Notes: generated by a model from the sequence alone, not told the origin. Counted from the whole stretch's first letter, positions 1 through 12,790 are shown. The stretch is DNA of 63,343 nt, filler included, from Stramenopiles sp. TOSAG23-2 (GCA_900128395.1; 16 parts of 16 records of this genome joined end to end with filler, not necessarily neighbours in it); one strand, 5' to 3'. Made by a program: numbers and translations.

Positions 1-369
1 TGTCTTTGGTACGTTAAAAAGTGATGAGAGTCATAATAATTCTACTAATAAACATTAGAAAAAGTAAATATATATATCCGTCGATATTTATATATAGCAA
101 TACACAGCATTACACATCTTAGTCCAATCCTTAATAAAATATAAATAATATCGTATCACATTTCTTTTAAAAAAAGAGTGCATAATATATATATATATTA
201 ATATCATCATTTTCCTGTCTGTGGTCGGCGGCGGAATTTTTACGAAGTAGTAATTATTTTATAGTACGAACGTACGAAGTAGTGCAGTAGTGCAATAGAA
301 TTAAAACAAAACGCATTTTTTATAATATAACACATATTTAACTAACGAATACTTCATATATTTTTAACT

Positions 370-630
370 ATGTCTACTGATTTCGAAGGTGTTAATTGAA
401 TTCTTGTCAGACAACTCATTAATGTAGATTCCCTTCAACAATTTTTAGAAAAAAATACGGAAGGTGGTATAGAAAGATTTGGTGGTGGCAGATTGGAAAT
501 GAGGCAATTTAATAATGGTGCGAGCAATTCAACATATTTTATCCAAACAAATAATAATGAACAATTTGTAGTCAGGAAGAAACCGCCTGGTAAATTATTA
601 AAAGGTGAAATTGAAAAATATATGAAATAG
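370..630 (+). pseudogene. Fragment of an ACAD10/11-type phosphotransferase (APH family) N-terminus, with an in-frame TGA
   Basis: Manual translation from ATG 370: MSTDFEGVN*ILVRQLINVDSLQQFLEK...RQFNNGASNSTYFIQ...FVVRKKPPGKLLKG. This matches the QFxxGxSNPTY / VLRKKPPGKLL motifs of ACAD10/11 kinase domains. TGA at 397-399. There is no room for the rest of the gene before the TSR1 3' end. Confidence 0.65.
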
Positions 631-780
631 AACTACGTGTATACTTTATATGAAAATGATACATTTGAATTGATTTTTATCATTTTTTTATCACACATAT
701 CATGTTTATCATCAGTGTAGTATTTGACAAGTTTTCAAACACGCACACAGACTAATACGTATCAAAAACACACACTCTCC

Positions 781-3702
781 TCACGCCTTATTAATCTCTT
801 CCTCTGTTGGATATTTTGGATAAACCCTTTTGTACAATGTCAAGCAAACAGTATCGTGATTTTTGATATGCCCATTGAAATTACATTTCATTGACCCGTG
901 TGTACCAATGGGTTGACGAATATGTCCACTAAATCCATGTTTCGTCCACAACTCTAATGGCTTAAACCAACGTATGTCGTCTGGATTAAAAAACATAAAT
1001 TTCACCGTTGCCGTTTTCTTTTTCACTTTCACTGGTTGTCCGGATAAAACAATTTTCTTCAATATAATTCTATCTGGATTAATGCTCATTAATGATCCAG
1101 ATAAAACGAATTCTTTTTTTAAATTTAATTTTGCATTTACATTATGCCTAAATGCTAGCACAGGTGCTGGTGAATATGTAATAGGTAAATATGCTGTCAT
1201 AGCAACGAATCTTCCAGGTTGCAGGTATCTTTCGAATTTATGCTTATCGCAATTGTAATTATTTTCAGAAAAAATTGGTTTACAAACGCTACGACGGAAA
1301 CCATAATGTATGTCTAAAACATCTTTTGATTTCACAGTCGAATCACATAATGCAGATTTACGAACTGTAAAATTGACAACAGACATGCGGTTTTCATGTT
1401 TAAATAATCCTGATAATAATAAAGGTTGGCAAAAGTTTAATGCCAATTTATTACTATTTATATGCTTATCAAATTGTTCATTATCTACATTTATTAATAC
1501 TAATGTTACGTATTGTCCAACTCCAATACAATCATCTACAATATTTTGTAACGCATTTTCACCATTGCTATTGTTATCAGTATCTTCATCCATATCCATT
1601 GCATCTTCGTTTTTCTTTTTATTATTATCATTATTAATCTTCTTGCTACTTCCATTCTTTTTTATCAAATTCATCATATCTTTCGTACGTTTTAAACTTT
1701 GTATTTTGTCATTTAATTCCAGTAAACGTTTTTGTGTATATGCAATATCTTCGATTTGAAATATTTTTGCATAATCCAATGGTAAACTTTCCTTTGGATC
1801 CCAAGGGCTTGAACGAAAACTTTTCAAACCACGGTAACGTGCAAAACGCTCGCGTGCTGGGATATTTTCTGGCGTATCCACCTCATCTGGAAAGATAACA
1901 TCTTCCTCCTGTTTCTCACGTAGCTCTTGTCTTTTCTCTCTCCAACGTTGGAGTTCAAGCGCATGTTTATCAGGGTCATCATCTTCATCATCATCCTCTT
2001 TCATTTTCATATCATCTTTATTTTGTTTACCACCGTTATTGATTTCTTTTTGAAACTTTTCCAAACCTTTGTATTCTTCATAATCATCTTCTTCATCTCC
2101 ACTATCCATAACACCATCTAACCATATTTTCTGTGTTTCAGATGCGCCAGGAAATTTACAGCTAAGGTTATTATTTGATGAATCATTCTTTTTTGACGCT
2201 ACTCCTGTTGATGATGAAGATCCATCAGTACCTATCAATGATACAAAACCGCTGTTGCTGTTATCAAATGAATTACCATTATCATATGGAGAAAACATGT
2301 TGCCATTTGTAGTAAATCCTGCTTCTTCAAGCTCGGCATCAGAAAAAATGGTTTGTTCCCCTGCTAAAGGATTAATCGTAGCAAATTGTTGCAATGATTC
2401 CTGCTTGGATTCATCTGCATTGCATAATGTCCTAGTTGTTTCGCTAATATTATTATCTGATACATTAACAAATTTATTTGCTTTTTGGTTACTTTTTCTA
2501 TCACGACCTACAAATGGTGCTGGATCTTTTGCATCTTGAATGGAATGCATTTGATAGGTACCAATACCTGTTAAATGCACAAGTTGATTTACATTCAATG
2601 GTTTGCCGCGTACATATCCAGACAAGTAATATCTATTGCTATTACTTCCGACAATATTGTTTTCGTATTCTTTTCTAATTTTATTTACAATTAAATATGG
2701 CCGCATTGTACGAAAATGTAATTCTTTCAATCTTAATGATGATATATAACGGCATATTTGATCAACGTGCTGGTTTGTTCCATTCTTTCCTTTTGTTGCC
2801 GTATTAAGGCTGCTATTGCCATTGCTTTTACTTGTATTATTTGTGTCAATATCCATCATTCCATTGCTATTTATATTGTTTGTTACAATAATATCATCAT
2901 TATTATAATTATTATTATTAGCTTCATCATAAGTATGTTCCATAATTTTTGTACCATCGCCAAGTTCAGTATCGAAAAAACGTTGTAATAATTTTCGTAC
3001 ATTATTTTTCTTCTTTCCTGTCATATTACTGCTTTTCTTCATTTGATGTACTCCGATAATAGATGGAAATCCTTGAGCACGTAGGGAAGAGATGACTTGT
3101 TCCCCAAAATCATCAATGATTTTATCTGGATTAATCGTAGAAGGCACGATCATTAAAATAACATCAGTTACTTTTAGTATATCTAATAAAGCAATTAAAT
3201 CATTGCTATCATCGCCGGTGCGTTGAAAACATGTAAGGGTTATTCTACTATTCCATTTTTTTATCATCCCTGTATGTTGTGTTAACATCTGTTTGCTTCC
3301 AGATGCATCTGACGTAGATACATGTTCCATTTCTTGCAATATATCACTTGCTAAAGTAATTGGCGATGTATTTGTTGTATTTGTTTCGTTATCAACTGAT
3401 TCAAATAATGATAATACTGTAACAAGTCGTGGTGGACCGTGTGCACTTCCAGCAGCATATCGTTTATTTCTTAACATCTGAGCTTTTTTCTTTGCTGCAT
3501 TTTGCTTCGTCTTATTAATACGATCTAAACGACCCTCAACTGCTAATGTTGACTTTGCATATTTTCCAATATTCCTTTTAGTACTAATTGCACGTCCACC
3601 AACATTATCCCTACGATCAATTCTACGTTTACTAGTATCCTTCCCAGTTTTATGTTTTTTATTGGATTGTTTTAAATTCGAGGAACGATGACGATATGCC
3701 AT
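781..3702 (-). CDS. TSR1: Pre-rRNA-processing protein TSR1 (40S biogenesis, Bms1/Tsr1 family)
   Basis: 973-aa intact ORF. N-terminal HR..LKQSNKKHKTG; FPDEVDTP..PARERFARYRGLKSFRSSPWDPKESLP; C-terminal MFFNPDDIRWFKPLELWTKHG..GTHGSMKC..LYKRVYPK. Confidence 0.96.
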   Translation of the reverse strand: MAYRHRSSNLKQSNKKHKTGKDTSKRRIDRRDNVGGRAISTKRNIGKYAKSTLAVEGRLDRINKTKQNAAKKKAQMLRNKRYAAGSAHGPPRLVTVLSLFESVDNETNTTNTSPITLASDILQEMEHVSTSDASGSKQMLTQHTGMIKKWNSRITLTCFQRTGDDSNDLIALLDILKVTDVILMIVPSTINPDKIIDDFGEQVISSLRAQGFPSIIGVHQMKKSSNMTGKKKNNVRKLLQRFFDTELGDGTKIMEHTYDEANNNNYNNDDIIVTNNINSNGMMDIDTNNTSKSNGNSSLNTATKGKNGTNQHVDQICRYISSLRLKELHFRTMRPYLIVNKIRKEYENNIVGSNSNRYYLSGYVRGKPLNVNQLVHLTGIGTYQMHSIQDAKDPAPFVGRDRKSNQKANKFVNVSDNNISETTRTLCNADESKQESLQQFATINPLAGEQTIFSDAELEEAGFTTNGNMFSPYDNGNSFDNSNSGFVSLIGTDGSSSSTGVASKKNDSSNNNLSCKFPGASETQKIWLDGVMDSGDEEDDYEEYKGLEKFQKEINNGGKQNKDDMKMKEDDDEDDDPDKHALELQRWREKRQELREKQEEDVIFPDEVDTPENIPARERFARYRGLKSFRSSPWDPKESLPLDYAKIFQIEDIAYTQKRLLELNDKIQSLKRTKDMMNLIKKNGSSKKINNDNNKKKNEDAMDMDEDTDNNSNGENALQNIVDDCIGVGQYVTLVLINVDNEQFDKHINSNKLALNFCQPLLLSGLFKHENRMSVVNFTVRKSALCDSTVKSKDVLDIHYGFRRSVCKPIFSENNYNCDKHKFERYLQPGRFVAMTAYLPITYSPAPVLAFRHNVNAKLNLKKEFVLSGSLMSINPDRIILKKIVLSGQPVKVKKKTATVKFMFFNPDDIRWFKPLELWTKHGFSGHIRQPIGTHGSMKCNFNGHIKNHDTVCLTLYKRVYPKYPTEEEINKA

Positions 3703-4071
3703 AATTATTATTTTTTTAAGATAATATATATATATATATACGTATCTACATATATGTCTATATATATATTATCTTAAAAATGCTTTAATTCTAATGGTTG
3801 TTAAAAAAGTGTGGATATATATATATATACTATACCGCCTCTGTGGTAATAATAATATAATAAATGTGCTGGAATGGATGGATGTGGTGAAAGAAGGAAG
3901 ATTTTTATATTTGTGCTCCACTCTCAAGTATAAACGTAAGTATAATGAAATTTGATAGGAGATGATGACATATATATATCACAGAAAAAATAAAAAAAAG
4001 CCTATATATAATAAGAAACATATTTCTATATATTCTAGATATATATTAATATAGCATAGTGCTATAATAAC

Positions 4072-4171
4072 NNNNNNNNNNNNNNNNNNNNNNNNNNNNN
4101 NNNNNNNNNNNNNNNTTAATTAATTAANNNNNNNNNNNNNNNNNNNNNNNNNNNNNNNNNNNNNNNNNNNN
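4072..4171. other. Artificial contig linker (N44-TTAATTAATTAA-N44), first of 15
   Basis: Identical 100-nt linkers at 4072, 8242, 12411, 16577, 20735, 24886, 29035, 33179, 37323, 41464, 45605, 49740, 53872, 58000 and 62127. The core has stops in all six frames, and contig lengths never increase along the window. Confidence 0.98.
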
Positions 4172-4173
4172 TA

Positions 4174-7100
4174 CTACTGGCATATACGGAGACACTACCT
4201 ACTAATTTACACTATGAAGACCCGAAAAAAGTATTAGAACGAGAGAAAAATAAATGTTGCACGCTACAATGGAAATCATGTAAAGCTTGCCAGCTTAAGA
4301 TTTCTGTTGATGAGTTTTGTGAAAACAATGTGGGTAGATATGGATGTATGAAATCAGACAAAGCGATAAAGGAAGAAGAAACAAAGTACCATGAGAAGCA
4401 AAAAGAAGAGCGTGAAAAACATTTAAAAAAAATGGACAGGCAAGTAGAAGAGTCAAAAAAGAATATAAAACGTAAAAAAGAGGAAAAAACAAAACAAGCA
4501 AAGAAACACCAACAACTTATGGAAAGTCATCGTGAACAATCAGAAAAAGAGCAAACAAAATGGGTTGCTGCAGAGCAACTGCGAAAAAAAGCAGCAGAAG
4601 AAGAAGAGAAACGAGACGAAGAAAACGAGAAAAGAATAGACGAAGAAGCCGCAAAAGGTCGAGAAGCTGATTTTAAATCATTTAGGAAACATGTGGAATA
4701 TAAAAAAGAACAAATAGCAAAAGAACAAGAAGCTAAGAAAAAAGCAGAGCAAGATGCAAAAGATAGACAACCTGGGCATTGTACCATTTTAAATTCAGCG
4801 GGTGGAGGAACATTCAGTTTGCTTGAAACAAGTATTGAAACCAAAACAAATGGAAAGAAAGTGAATTTAAGACGTTCTACTAGTAAAAGAGTACTACTAA
4901 CTAATCGACAGCATATTGCCTTTTGGAATATAGTCAAAGGACCATTGATGAATTTTGGCCAACAAGCAATTGGCGGACTGTTAAATAATCCTAGTAACGA
5001 CCCTCAATATAAACAACAAATGGCACAATATAAACAACAAAAGGCACAATATAAACAACAAAAACAACAGCATAAAGAGGCGGTGAGACAGGAAGAGGCG
5101 TATAAAAAGAAAATAATTGAAGAAGATAAAAAAGAAAAACAAGCGCAGCAAAAACATGAGGACGCTAGCAAAGCTAGGGTAAATCAGTTGAGAAATTTTG
5201 CCGTAACCGATGATGTATTAGCGGATGGACTAATATCAAAAGGTGATTGCAAACGTTCATGTGGCAAGTGCCCGAGTTGCAGTTGTACATGGAATGGAGA
5301 ATCATTTCAAGAAATGTCACATGGCGAATGTACCATTACGACGCTGACGAAGAAAATACCATTGTTGACGAGAAAAATGGCTAGAGGCGAATGTAAAAAT
5401 CATTGTGTTCGATTAGGATCAATGTATACTTGTGCATATGCGGGCGAGACAATGCAAGATGGATATCGCGAACCTTTGAAATTCGATTTCATGCCACCTG
5501 TTCCACCTAGACTACCACCTCCGATACCACCTATGCCACAACCACCACAAAAACCTAAGAAACCACCAGGTTTCAATTGGGGAAAGGCATTATTATCAGC
5601 AGGTATGGGAATAGTTCAAAACGTAGCTTCCACTGCAATGAGTGGAGGGTTCAATAAGCCAAAACCGGAACCTCAACCACAACCACAACAAGCAGTTGGA
5701 TCGCCTAGTTACTTTAATACGGAAGGTCTCGGTTTCGATACTTCCTTCAGTAGCAATTTGGGTTTGGATCTTGATACTGGCGTGAAATATTTCTCTGAGG
5801 ATAGTGGAGTATCTGCATTCGGTTCAAAATTTGACAGTGGATCTTTGTTCTCTACCAGTAGTGGAGGAAACAATTGGTTTGGCAACACAGAAACCACTAC
5901 ACCATCTTACACTCCAGTCTCTAGTTTTTTTAATACTGGAGGTAAGACTAATTTTGCTAGTACTTATGATTTTGGAGCTTTGTGGAATACCAAAGGTACC
6001 GAAAATAATGCATTTTCATATGATCTCGGATCCTCTCTAGATCTTGGTCTTGGAACAAAAAGATATAACTTTGCAGATAATTTGAATACAAATTTTTGGG
6101 GCACGAACAAGGTTAGTGCACCATCATCATCTAGTTCATTCTCTAAGTATTTTAACACTGATTTTTATAAAGCTGACTTATGGAATCCGAAAGGGTTAGA
6201 GAAAAATATATTCAACCATGATCTTAAACTTGATGTAGGAACCAAAAATTTTTTCAACAAAGATTGGGATAGTAAAAGTTTGTGGACGGGGTCGAAGAGC
6301 TTTAATCAACCATTCACGTTCAACACAGATATAAATCTACTAAATAGCAACAGCAATCAACAGACTGATGTAGTCAGCGATATTACAGCTCGCGGAAGCG
6401 GGAGAAGGCAAATTACGGAAGCGCAAGCTAATGATCCAAATTTCAAGAAGAAATATGGAGATGTTGTTTTGAGAAGCAATGGGCAAAAGCAAGTGTATGC
6501 CACGCATATAGATCCAAGAACAGGACAAACACGAAATTATGGATGGCAGGGGGCGCATTCCTTTGGCAAAATTGATGGCACTCGTGAAGGTAACCAATAT
6601 GTACGGGAGCGATACGTAGAAAATTTTGGAATCCAACATGAGGTTAGTGCGGTAAAAGCTGATGCAATAAACGAACAAAATAGGAAAGAACAAAGTAGGA
6701 AAGAGGCAGCTGGAAAACGAGCCGCAGAAAATGCCAATAAAGATGCTAAAAGACGAGAAGATGCCGATAAGCGAGACGCTCAAAGACGACGACAGAGCGC
6801 ACCACAAGTACAAAATCCCAGATCTACGCCAACCAGATCAAATCAGCAATCTCAGCAAAGTGCAACGAAATGTGAATGGTATAATGTTGGGTGTAACTTG
6901 AAAAAAGCTAGAGACTATGTTGGACAACAGGTTCAGAAATACACACCTGCTGCAAAGGATTTGGTAACGAAGGTAGTGTCTCCGTATATGCCAGTAGTAG
7001 AACAATCGAGGGAATTCCTTACGAAAGCTGGAATATCGGGGCTAGCAGACAAATTTCAAAATTTGAACCCTATTACGATTATACCTGGTGGTACTACGGT

Positions 7101-8241
7101 AGTTGAAACATTCGATAAACTTAAAGACAATAAACTAGTGAAACGGATTGATAACCAATTTAAAATAACCGATAAATTGGATAAAGTCGGTACTACATTT
7201 AATCAGGCTAAAGACTGGACTGTAAAGGGAACCAAGAGTAACTTGGATAAAGTCGGTACTGCATTTAATCAGGCTAAAGACTGGACTGTAAAGGGAACCA
7301 AGAGTAACTTGGATAAAGTCGGTACTGCATTTAATCAGGCTAAAGACTGGACTGTAAAGGGAACCAAGAGTAACTTGGATAAAGTCGGTACTGCATTTAA
7401 TCAGGCTAAAGACTGGACTGTAAAGGGAACCAAGAGTAACTTGGATAAAGTCGGTACTACATTTAATCATGCTAAAGACTGGACTGTAACAGGAACCAAA
7501 AGCAACTTGCAGCGACTCAAGAATGCAGATAAATTGTGGAGAGGATTAGATAATTTGGAAGGAGTTAAACACATGAAATGGGTTGGAGGAAAAGTGGTGA
7601 AGTATGCTGCTCCAATTATTAAAGGGACCGAAGGCCTCCTTAAACCAGCAGATAGTTGGGAAGAACGCCTTGCAAATGGAATTGCAGAAGCCGGGACGGA
7701 ATTGGATGATTTTTTAGTTGCTTCAAGTGCTTCTTTTGCAGGCATGAAACTAGGATGCGCAGGAGGTGGTGCGGCCGGCGCGGTAGCAGGTGGTGTAGGT
7801 GCAGTTCCAGGATGTGCTGTAGGGGGTGCTATAGTGGGTTTTGGTGCTGGGTTTGCGGCATCTGCAGTATACGATTCCAAGGAGCCGGGATCTGCGGATA
7901 AAAAATTTGATGATTTGATGAGAACCCAGGGGAAAGAGAATATCTTAAAAAGAATAAAATCATTTGGTTTGAGAGACATGTTCTCTAATGCAAAAGATTC
8001 TGTTGAAAAAACTGTGCACAAACTCAAAAACGATGGCCAGCAATTAATGGATAATACAGCCAATGGTATACAAAGAAGCGTTGCTACTGTCAATGACTTT
8101 GTAGATGAACAAAAAGCAAATGTAAACAATTTACGTACCCAAGCCAGTAATGCAATTGATACGACTAAAAATTACATTGTAGAAAGTGGCCAGCAATTAA
8201 TGGATAATACAGCCAATGGTATACAAAGAAGCGTTGCTACT
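4174..8241 (+). CDS. Giant multi-module protein, partial at both ends: Cys motifs, charged coiled coils, Pro-rich and Phe/Gly/Ser-rich segments, 22-aa repeats, glycine zipper
   Basis: The frame is open across the whole contig. Upstream of the tracked 4330 start it reads ...KCCTLQWKSCKACQLKISVDEFCENNVGRYGC. Contains GCAGGGAAGAVAGGVGAVPGCAVGGAIVGFGAG. No family recognised. Confidence 0.8.
7177..7506 (+). repeat. Coding tandem repeat, 5 x 66 bp (LDKVGT[A/T]FNQAKDWTVKGTKSN)
   Basis: Units start at 7177, 7243, 7309, 7375 and 7441 and are near-identical. Confidence 0.95.
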
Positions 8242-8839
8242 NNNNNNNNNNNNNNNNNNNNNNNNNNNNNNNNNNNNNNNNNNNNTTAATTAATTAANNN
8301 NNNNNNNNNNNNNNNNNNNNNNNNNNNNNNNNNNNNNNNNNCAACGTGTTATTTTTTAAAAAATTATATTTTTTCAAAAATATATTGTAATGACGTACAG
8401 CATCATATTATCTATATAGAAAGGTAAAGGGAAGATGAGCATTTCGTTGTAGAAAAAAAATAAAATAATATATGTTATACATGTAAACGAGGTATAATGG
8501 TATAAATTATGTTACGAAATGTTTCTTTGATCCTATTTACATCGATTAAAACATCTCGTAATTTGTAATTATCAATTTCTATATATATTCATATCTAATT
8601 TTAATATATACATTATAATGCATATAGGCATAGATAGCTATATATGAAGCATTACCAATGCAACGTACGTAGAAAATATAAAAATATTTTTCAAACATAT
8701 TAAAACACATATTTTGAGCTCAAAACAATACAAACGACGTTTTCATAATGTTTAAAAACGATTAAAATACTTACAATACCTTGATTTACATAAATAATAC
8801 ATTTCGATACCATATTTTATATCAAACATCATCAACATG

Positions 8840-9185
8840 TACGACGTTAAACGTACTATTATTACAATATAAATGATTCTATATATCAATATTCGAATTA
8901 AAATATCGACGTAGATAAAGTAAATCGATATAATGTTCCATGAAAATTTTAACAAATACATATCATATATATATTATATGATTCTAATTAAAATTTTAAA
9001 GGTTTGAACCATACGACGTTAAACGTACTATTATTACAATATAAATGATTCTATATATCAATATTCGAATTAAAATATCGACGTAGATAAAGTAAATCGA
9101 TATAATGTTCCATGAAAATTTTAACAAATACATATCATATATATATTATATGATTCTAATTAAAATTTTAAAGGTTTGAACCATA
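8840..9185. repeat. Tandem duplication, ~172-bp unit
   Basis: TACGACGTTAAACGTACT... recurs at 8840 and 9012. The copies differ in (AT)n length. Confidence 0.9.
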
Positions 9186-9468
9186 TTTTGTTTCAACGAG
9201 TACAATATATTACATATATTTTAATATATATTGAAAAATAACTTGAATGTTTTCATCCACATGTTGAATCATTTTTACGTTCATGAGAGGTGAAAATTAC
9301 GTTTAAAACAAAATTAATACCATTTTTGTTCAAAAAAAATGCCACGAGTCGTTATCAATAGGCTATATGTAATCAAAACTTTCAAAATTTTTTAAGATTT
9401 GATAGAATAACTATATTTTCTGAAAAAATACGTATAATTCGAAACATGGTGGAAAAACGTCGTAAATC

Positions 9469-9930
9469 CTATATATTTACGTCATCTCTGATTTGTACGT
9501 AAAAATAATAAAAAAATATTAAAGGTGGTGTCACCGACATTTATATCCCTAAATTTTACTACGATATGTCTTTATAGGATTATTATAATCGATTAAAACA
9601 TTAATGTATTGTTTTTTTTTATAAAATTTATATTTTTTCACTTCATATATATTGAATGTCATTATAGATATCAACGTCGTTTCTACCATTCAAGACGAAA
9701 CTATATATTTACGTCATCTCTGATTTGTACGTAAAAATAATAAAAAAATATTAAATGTGATGTCACAGACATTTTTATCCCTAAATTTTACTACGATATG
9801 TATTTATAGGATTATTATAATCGATTAAAACATTAATGTATTGTTTTTTTTTTGAAAATTTATATTTTTTCACTTTATATATATTGAATGTCATTATAGA
9901 TATCAACGTCGTTTCTACCATTCAAGACGA
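9469..9930. repeat. Tandem duplication, ~232-bp unit with several substitutions
   Basis: CTATATATTTACGTCATCTCTG... at 9469 and 9701. Example difference: GGTGGTGTCACCGAC vs TGTGATGTCACAGAC. Confidence 0.9.
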
Positions 9931-10349
9931 ATATGATTTTCATGATGGGAAAATAAAAAATATCAAAAAAAACAACTTTCCCTTTATAAAAAAACGTTCT
10001 AAAAGAAACGGAACGTTTAATTGAATTAGTTGAAACTTTTCAATATCGGTTGACCAACTTTAGAGTGCAAGAATGTATCAAACTGGAAAAAAAATTTGTG
10101 ACATTTTTGAAAATTAATGGTAGGGTGAAACCTGTGTATGATTTTACTACGAAATCTATAATTTCTACCATTTTTATTGCAGAAAACGTATTTTATATGT
10201 AAAAAAAAGATTTTAAACAAGGAAAATTAGTTTCGATGACGTATATTAGTTTGGTAATAGATATTAAATCGAGATGGTGTCGAAAATCGGAGGTTCTACG
10301 ATGGAAAATAGATTTTTTTATGTGTAATTGTTTAAAAAATGGTGTACGT

Positions 10350-10623
10350 GGAAGATGTATATTATGTACATTTTGACGTTCATCATTTGGTTGGTATAAA
10401 AAAATAATACAATATATTTTGTTGATGTTACATGTTTAAAAGCGAATGCAAATAGATATAATATTTTTTATTGATATATTAATAAAGGAAGATGTATATT
10501 ATGTACATTTTGACGTTCATCATTTGGTTGGTATAAAAAAATAATACAATATATTTTGTTGATGTTACATGTTTAAAAGCGAATGCAAATAGATATAATA
10601 TTTTTTATTGATATATTAATAAA
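10350..10623. repeat. Tandem duplication, 137-bp unit
   Basis: GGAAGATGTATATTATGTAC... at 10350 and 10487. Confidence 0.9.
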
Positions 10624-10940
10624 CGATTAAAACAATTGTAAAAGGTTTGTGTGGGTGGATTGGGTTGTGTTGTTTCATTGTTTTTTTCGTGGGAAGGACA
10701 TTGATGATGATGTTGTTATGATGAAATGGGAACATGACGGGGTTTTTTATTTTTTGGAGGGTATAAATTATTGGAATATATTATGAAATATTATAAAATA
10801 ATATGTGATAAAGGGTACGTTTCATGTACGCGATTAAATATATGTTTTAGATACACGAAAAGCTTGAATAATGCTAGATAAAAACCCTTTTCAAACAACC
10901 AGTTTGCGCAATCTATAACCATAACGTTGTGCATGTAATA

Positions 10941-12410
10941 CTAATTATTATCTTTATTGTAATTTTTATTTTTCTGATTTAAAATATTGCTAAATTTTTT
11001 ATACCATGGATGGTATGCTTTAATACCATTTGGACCTTGTTGTAATTTATTAAATGCATCAACAACCATTTCACGTCCTAATGGATTGTTTTGTAACATT
11101 AAACAATGTCCTAAATTACCTTTTGTGTTTAGTGTGTATTGGTGGTTTGGTCCATGTATTTCTTCTTGACCTTCTAATGCACGTTTATATAATGATTCAG
11201 CTTCATCTAATTTATTTTGTGTTTCGAACAATCCAGCAAGATTATTGACTGTTGTTAATGTAGATGAATGTTTTCGTCCTAACATTTCTTCTTTACCTTT
11301 TAATGCACGTTTATATAATAATTCAGCTTCATCTAATTTATTTTGTTTTACCTTCTAATGCACGTTTATATAATGATTCAGCTTCATCTAATTTATTTTG
11401 TTTTTTGAACAATCCAGCAAGATTATTGACTGTTCTTAATGTATATGAATGTTTTGATCCTAACATTTCTTCTTGACCTTCTAATGCACGTTTATATAAT
11501 AATTCAGCTTCATCTAATTTATTTTGTGTTTCGAACAATACAGCAAGATTACCGACTGTATTTAATGTAGATGAATGTTTTCGTCCTAACATTTCTTCAT
11601 AACCTTCTAATGCACGTTTATATAATAATTCAGCTTCATCTAATTTATTTTGTCCAGATAACATCGCACCAAGTGCATTCATCAATTTCAATTTCTTCTC
11701 CACATCAACACCACCACCTTTATCCTTTCCACCCCCGTCCTCCTCCTCCTCCTCCTTCCTCTCCATCTCCTTCAAATAACGTTTACCAATCTCAACTAAA
11801 CCACTTTGAATACCCATTTGACAATTTGAATTTACAGCTTGAAAACCACCATTTGTATTTTCAACTGCCACCTTAATCTTTTCTCCTAACATTTCTTCTT
11901 GACCTTTTAATGCACGTTTATATAATAATTCAGCTTCATCTAATTTATCTTGTTTTTCGAACAATAAAGCAAGATTATTGACTGTATTTAATGTAGATGA
12001 ATGTTTTCGTCCTAACATTTCTTCATAACCTTCTAATGCACGTTTATATAATAATTCAGCTTCATCTAATTTATTTTGTTTTGAGAACAAAAAAGCAAGA
12101 TTATTGACTGTTGTTAATGTAGATGAATGTTTTGGTCCTAATATTTCTTCTTTATCTTTTAATGCACGTTTATATAATAATTCAGCTTCATCTAATTTAC
12201 CTTGATAAAATAACATACTACCAAGCTGATTCATCAAATCCAACTTCTTCTCCACATCAATACTACCAACATCATCCTCTCCATCACCCTCCTCCTCCTC
12301 CTTCCTCTCCATCTCCTTCAAATAACGTTTACCAATCTCCAATAAACCACTTTGTATACCCATTTGACAATTTGAATTTACAGCTTGAAAACCACCATTT
12401 GTATTTTCAA
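10941..12410 (-). CDS. Kinesin-light-chain/nephrocystin-3-type TPR protein, 5'-truncated, frameshifted near 11290-11340
   Basis: 42-aa repeats KLDEAELLYKRALEGxEEMLGxKHSSTLxTVNNLAxLF across ORFs 11338-12363 and 10941-11285. The block ENTNGGFQAVNSNCQMGIQSG is duplicated. Confidence 0.85.
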
Positions 12411-12523
12411 NNNNNNNNNNNNNNNNNNNNNNNNNNNNNNNNNNNNNNNNNNNNTTAATTAATTAANNNNNNNNNNNNNNNNNNNNNNNNNNNNNNNNNN
12501 NNNNNNNNNNATATTTTATTTTT

Positions 12524-12790
12524 TCACTGAAAAACGCCCCTCCCAGAATTATATACTACAAACTCTCTTAAATCTGCAGAATTTTTGAAAGATGGTGAAT
12601 CAACGACATCAATAAATTGCCATGATGAACGCCTACGTGTTTTTTGTTGTTGATTATTATCATTATTATTATTATTATTATTATTTGGAATTTGAATTTT
12701 AATATCAGGTTCCTCATTTGCTATTAATAATGATTCTGTACTTGATCGTTTCCTTGTTGGTACTTCTTCATCATGTCGTTCATCGTTCAT
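12524..12790 (-). CDS. Hypothetical protein, probably the N-terminal part of a gene cut at the contig edge
   Basis: 88-aa ORF with a poly-Asn/Gln tract and an A-rich start context like other genes here. Confidence 0.4.
   Translation of the reverse strand: MNDERHDEEVPTRKRSSTESLLIANEEPDIKIQIPNNNNNNNNDNNQQQKTRRRSSWQFIDVVDSPSFKNSADLREFVVYNSGRGVFQ

Noticed and set aside
397-399. TGA reassignment or selenocysteine suggested by the in-frame TGA
   Set aside because: TGA is the normal stop of intact genes here (TSR1, the MFS gene), and the fragment is truncated anyway.
974-3481. Many short antisense ORFs over TSR1, and similar ones over other long genes
   Set aside because: Shadow ORFs of real genes, with no motifs of their own.
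7177-7506. CRISPR-like array
   Set aside because: Contiguous in-frame 66-bp coding repeats with no unique spacers and no cas genes.
8342-10900. Possible transposon or viral insert in a 2.5-kb gene-free stretch
   Set aside because: No transposase, RT, integrase or capsid motifs and no terminal repeats were recognisable; only local tandem duplications.
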